From an uncultured Gammaproteobacteria bacterium (GTDB lineage: Bacteria > Pseudomonadota > Gammaproteobacteria > Xanthomonadales > Rhodanobacteraceae): 64,000 nucleotides of DNA. The stretch is taken from NCBI GenBank assembly GCA_963835805.1, contig CAWIGS010000007.1, positions 19,855 to 83,854 on the forward strand. Direction: 5' to 3'. The notes below the pieces were generated by a model, which was not told the DNA's origin, searched no databases, and saw only the letters and a list, made by a program, of their open reading frames with translations. The translations under genes and the position numbers were made by a program. This document shows positions 60,506-64,000 of the stretch, piece by piece (within the stretch, counting starts at the first letter, position 1; every line of letters begins with the position of its first letter).

Positions 60506-62850
60506 TCAAAAATCGCGGCTGACGGATATGCCGATCGTGCGTGGCGGAATGATCACTACGTTGTCTTCTGTCTGCGTGGTGATCGGATTCAGCTGGGCGG
60601 CACCGTTCAGAATGATGCCGCGCTCGTTGGTCGCATTCTTGACGTAGAAATCTAGCTTCCACTGGTCACGCGCCAAGCCCGCACGCAGATTGAGCGTGTG
60701 GTAGGACGGGATTTTCGCACTCGGGCTGCCGTCGAAAGTGAAATCCGATGTGCGCGTGTCGATGAAGGAGTAGCTGGCACCAACGTATCCGTTCCAGCCT
60801 GCACGCAGCGGAAAATCGTAATCGCCGTTGAGGTTGTAGGTGAGTTTCGGTGCATAAGGCAACGGATCGCCGCGCTTGCCGTTTGATGGCAATGGGGCGT
60901 CCTTGGTCAGCGTGGCGTCGTTGTAGGAAACATTCGCCGACAGCTTCAGACCACTCGTCGGCACGACTGCGATGGTGGCCTCGAAGCCCATTGGCCTTGG
61001 CCTGCCCGCCGTTGCCAAGGAACGTATACGGGCTTTCGAAGGTGAGCAGCGGAATCTTGGTCCAATCGATGTGATACGCGGAAAGATCCGTAATCAGACG
61101 GTCATCCAGTGATGTGGTCTTCAGACCCAGCTCGTAGTCGGTCAGCTTGGTCGGGCTGAAGGTCGTCGGTACATCGGGAATGCCGAGGGTGACAATATTC
61201 GGGCCACCCGGTAGAAAACCGGATGCCACCCGCGCGTACAGCATGGTGTTGTCGTTGATGTGGAATTGCGGCGTCAACGAAAACGTGTCGCTGCTGTCGG
61301 CAGAGTGCTTGTCGAGCAGGACCGTCGGCGGTACGCCCCCGAATAGCAGTCCGTAGCCGATTTCGGTGTAATGCTGCCGATCATGGCTGTGACGCAGACC
61401 GGCCTCGACGTCGAAGCGATCCGTGAAGTGCCAGGTCAGGCTGCCGTAGAGCGCATAGGCGTCATAGGTGCTCGGCTGCGAGTCGCCACCGATCGGTATG
61501 CCGAACGGCGAGGCCTGCGCGGTTCCGCTGTAGTAGTCGGAAGCATAAATGTTCTGCGCATTGTTGCCGGTCTCGTGGGTGTAGAACAGCACCTCCCAAC
61601 CACTCCACCTTGTCCGACTTCGGCGATTCCAGGCGAATTTCCTGGGTACTCTTGGTCTGGGGTATGATCGAGTTCTCGAGCGTGCCGTAGGGCTGGCCAT
61701 TCGCCTGGGGACCCAGAAACAGCAACGGTGTGACGTCTACGTTCGTCACCGCATCCAGAGTGCTGTAGCTGCTCGATGCCACCAGCTTGGCCCAACCGAA
61801 ATCGGTAATAAAGGTTGCGTTGTAGAGCCGATAATGTCCGTCGAACGCATCGCCGCCAAGTGCGGGACCGCGTTGCTGCAGGTCGCCGTACAGCGGTTTC
61901 AGCGTAACCGGATCCAGGGCCTCGGTCGGGTTGCCTTCCCGATTTAGGTTTTGCGCCAGCAACGTGATGCGCAACGAGGTCTGGCCGGACGGCGTCCACA
62001 ACAGCGACGCGCGACCTCCCTTGACCCGGTTCTCGTTGAGGTCGGTCTTGCCCTGCCCGGCGTCGCTGATGAAACCCGGGTCGGTGCGGTCGTACACATT
62101 GGCACGCAGCGCCAACGTGTCGGTGACCAGCGGCAGGTTGACCATGCCATGCGCATCGAAGCCGTTGCCGCCGCCATCAGCACTGGTGCCACCGATTTGC
62201 AGGCGGCCTGAATAGTTCTCGGTGTCGGGCGGAATGGTGATGAACCGGAGCACGCCACCCAACGCGCCGGCGCCGTACAGTGTCCCTTGCGGGCCACGCA
62301 ATACTTCGATGCGTTCCAGATCGGCGGGATCGATATCCGGTGTCAATTCCGCGCCTGCCGCGAATACGCTACTTGAGCCAAACGGGGTGTCGTCGACATA
62401 AACGCCGACCGACGCGCTGGGCTGCGCAGAGCCCGAAGCGATGCCGCGGATGCTCAGTCCGGTTACGCCCGCCCCGGAAGAGACAGCGGCGAGGCCGGGA
62501 ATTGCGTCGGCATAGTCCTGAAAGTCGACCAGTTGCTGTCGTTGAATATCGTGGTAAGTCAACACGGACACGGGCAAGGGGATGTTTTGCAGTGTCTCGC
62601 TGCGTCGATTCGCGGTGACGATGATCGTACCGAGCTGGTCTTTCTCGGCGTCCGGTTTTTTCTTGTCCGTTGCTGCGGCAGTCGCCGAATTCTGAGCGCT
62701 GCCGGTGCCGCCGGTGTCTTGTGATTGCGACGATCCCGTGGCGTTTGCGTTGACGCCTGCGGCTGCCGAATCTGCGGCAATTGCCGGGCCTGCCATCAGG
62801 ACGCCGGCTACGAAAAACCACCCGCTCAAAAATACGATACGCGATTGCAT
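60506..62850 (-). CDS. TonB-dependent receptor, apparent frameshifts near 61590 and 60990
   Basis: Signal peptide, TIIVTANRR (TonB box region), DLERIEVLRGPQGTLYGAGALGG plug signature, C-terminal PRTIGISVSRDF. Confidence 0.9.
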
Positions 62851-63042
62851 GAGCCCTCCCCGTGAACACGCGTTGGTCTGGTCCGCGATAATATCAACGA
62901 AATTTTCTTAACTGTCAAATTGTTTCTTTTATGGCAAAATAGTGCGAGAGTAGCGAAAATGCATCGACCCGTGGATTTTGTGGATATGCTGCCGGCAACG
63001 TTCCGCTACGCGAATCCGCACGGCAACGGCAGGACAACGAGC

Positions 63043-63743
63043 ATGGCGATCAACCCCCAAGCAACCGAATCAATGGCAAACCCAGGCGTGACGCTGCGGG
63101 CCGTACGCAATCGCATGGGCTGGACTTTGGCCGAGGTCGGCAAGCGCACCGGCTTGCCGGTTTCCACCTTGTCGAAGATCGAAAACGGCAAAATGTCGCT
63201 CAGCTACGACAAACTGGTGCGTTTGAGCGAAGGTCTGGACATCGACATCGCGCAATTGTTTGCAACCGACACCGGTGCACCGCCGGCCGCGCTGAACGGC
63301 CGCCGCAGCATCACCCGGGCGGGTGAAGGCAGCCGATCGAAACCGAGAATTACAGCCACCTGTACCCAGGTGCGGATCTTCTCAACAAGCGGTTCGTTCC
63401 GATCATTGCCGAACTGCATGCCCGCACACTGGACGAATTCGGCGAGTTGATCCGCATGCGGGTGAAGAGTTCGCCTACGTGCTGGAAGGCACTGTCGAAT
63501 TGCATACCGATTTGTATGCCCCGGCCCGCCTTGAGTCGGCGATTCGATTTATTTCGACAGCGGTATGGGCCACGCCTACTCGCGGTCGGGCCCAGACCAT
63601 GCCGGGTGCTTTCGATTTGTTCGGCCACCCAGTCGCATCTGATCGAGGCCACCGGGGGCAAACCCGCCGCGCCTCCAGCGCCGGTCCCGCCGCCTGCCAA
63701 AAAACCTGTGCGCAAGCCGGTAGCGCAACGCCGCAAGCGATGA
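63043..63743 (+). CDS. XRE-family HTH regulator with C-terminal cupin, multiple apparent frameshifts
   Basis: WTLAEVGKRTGLPVSTLSKIENGKMSLSYDKL; in later frames HAGEEFAYVLEGTVELHTDLY and DSIYFDSGMGHAY. Confidence 0.85.
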
Positions 63744-63812
63744 TCAGGCAGCGCTGGTCTGCCGCAGTCGTGAACGCGCCTTGTGTTTCCTTACGCAAAA
63801 GGGGTAATTTCA

Positions 63813-64000
63813 ATGAAATCTGCAAGCGATAGTTCGGTCCACGGACGCGCAGCGGCGGCGGGCATTGCGCTGTTCCTGACCTTGTTGATGCCATTGCTGC
63901 CAGCGCAGGCGCTGGGATTCAGCATCGAACAGGCAATGAATTACCCGTTTCCGTACGGCTTGACGGCAGCCTCACTTGGCAGTCGCATCGCCTGGGTATT
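63813..64000 (+). CDS. Secreted protein, probable S9 peptidase N-terminus (partial)
   Basis: MKSASDSSVHGRAAAAGIALFLTLLMPLLPAQALGFSIEQAMNYPFPYGLTAASLGSRIAWV; resembles the F-x-[IL]-EQ...PFP...RIAWV start of propeller-type S9 peptidases. Confidence 0.55.
   Translation, partial: MKSASDSSVHGRAAAAGIALFLTLLMPLLPAQALGFSIEQAMNYPFPYGLTAASLGSRIAWV

Noticed and set aside
62890-63800. Possible XRE operators (GTTTCTTTTATGGCAAAA near 62922; GTTTCCTTACGCAAAA near 63785)
   Set aside because: Spacing differs and symmetry is poor; not supportable without a motif search.
1-64000. CRISPR arrays, tRNA/rRNA genes, prophage, transposases, recognisable defence systems
   Set aside because: No regularly spaced repeats, cloverleaf or rRNA-like sequence, or hallmark proteins seen by eye.

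Overview
High-GC Gammaproteobacterial chromosome segment. Gene content and synteny (relA-glycosyltransferase-mrcB-TPR lipoprotein-DinG/YoaA-tsaB; hprK-rapZ-EIIA-ptsH-ptsI; hrpA; IPTL-CTERM/choice-of-anchor Q proteins) suggest Xanthomonadales, probably Rhodanobacteraceae. It holds about 48 mostly housekeeping and envelope genes. About ten ORFs, including normally essential tsaB, are broken by 1-2 nt indels. This points to uncorrected sequencing or assembly errors, and it creates a false PtsI-membrane protein fusion in the ORF track. I saw no rRNA, tRNA, CRISPR array, prophage or transposase. The most interesting items are: (1) an XRE-linked TonB receptor + dipeptide epimerase + three beta-lactamase-fold hydrolases + S9 peptidase locus at 53.6-64 kb, a probable D-amino-acid peptide scavenging system; (2) a 50-aa four-cysteine protein missing from the ORF track, downstream of a ColRS-like pair; (3) three families of short palindromic/MITE repeats, one inserted in-frame in two proteins (YyaL, HrpA); (4) a Cpx-like module with triple CpxR-type boxes and a non-CpxP partner; (5) a GT-C/methyltransferase surface-modification islet. 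All family calls come from motif recognition, not database searches.
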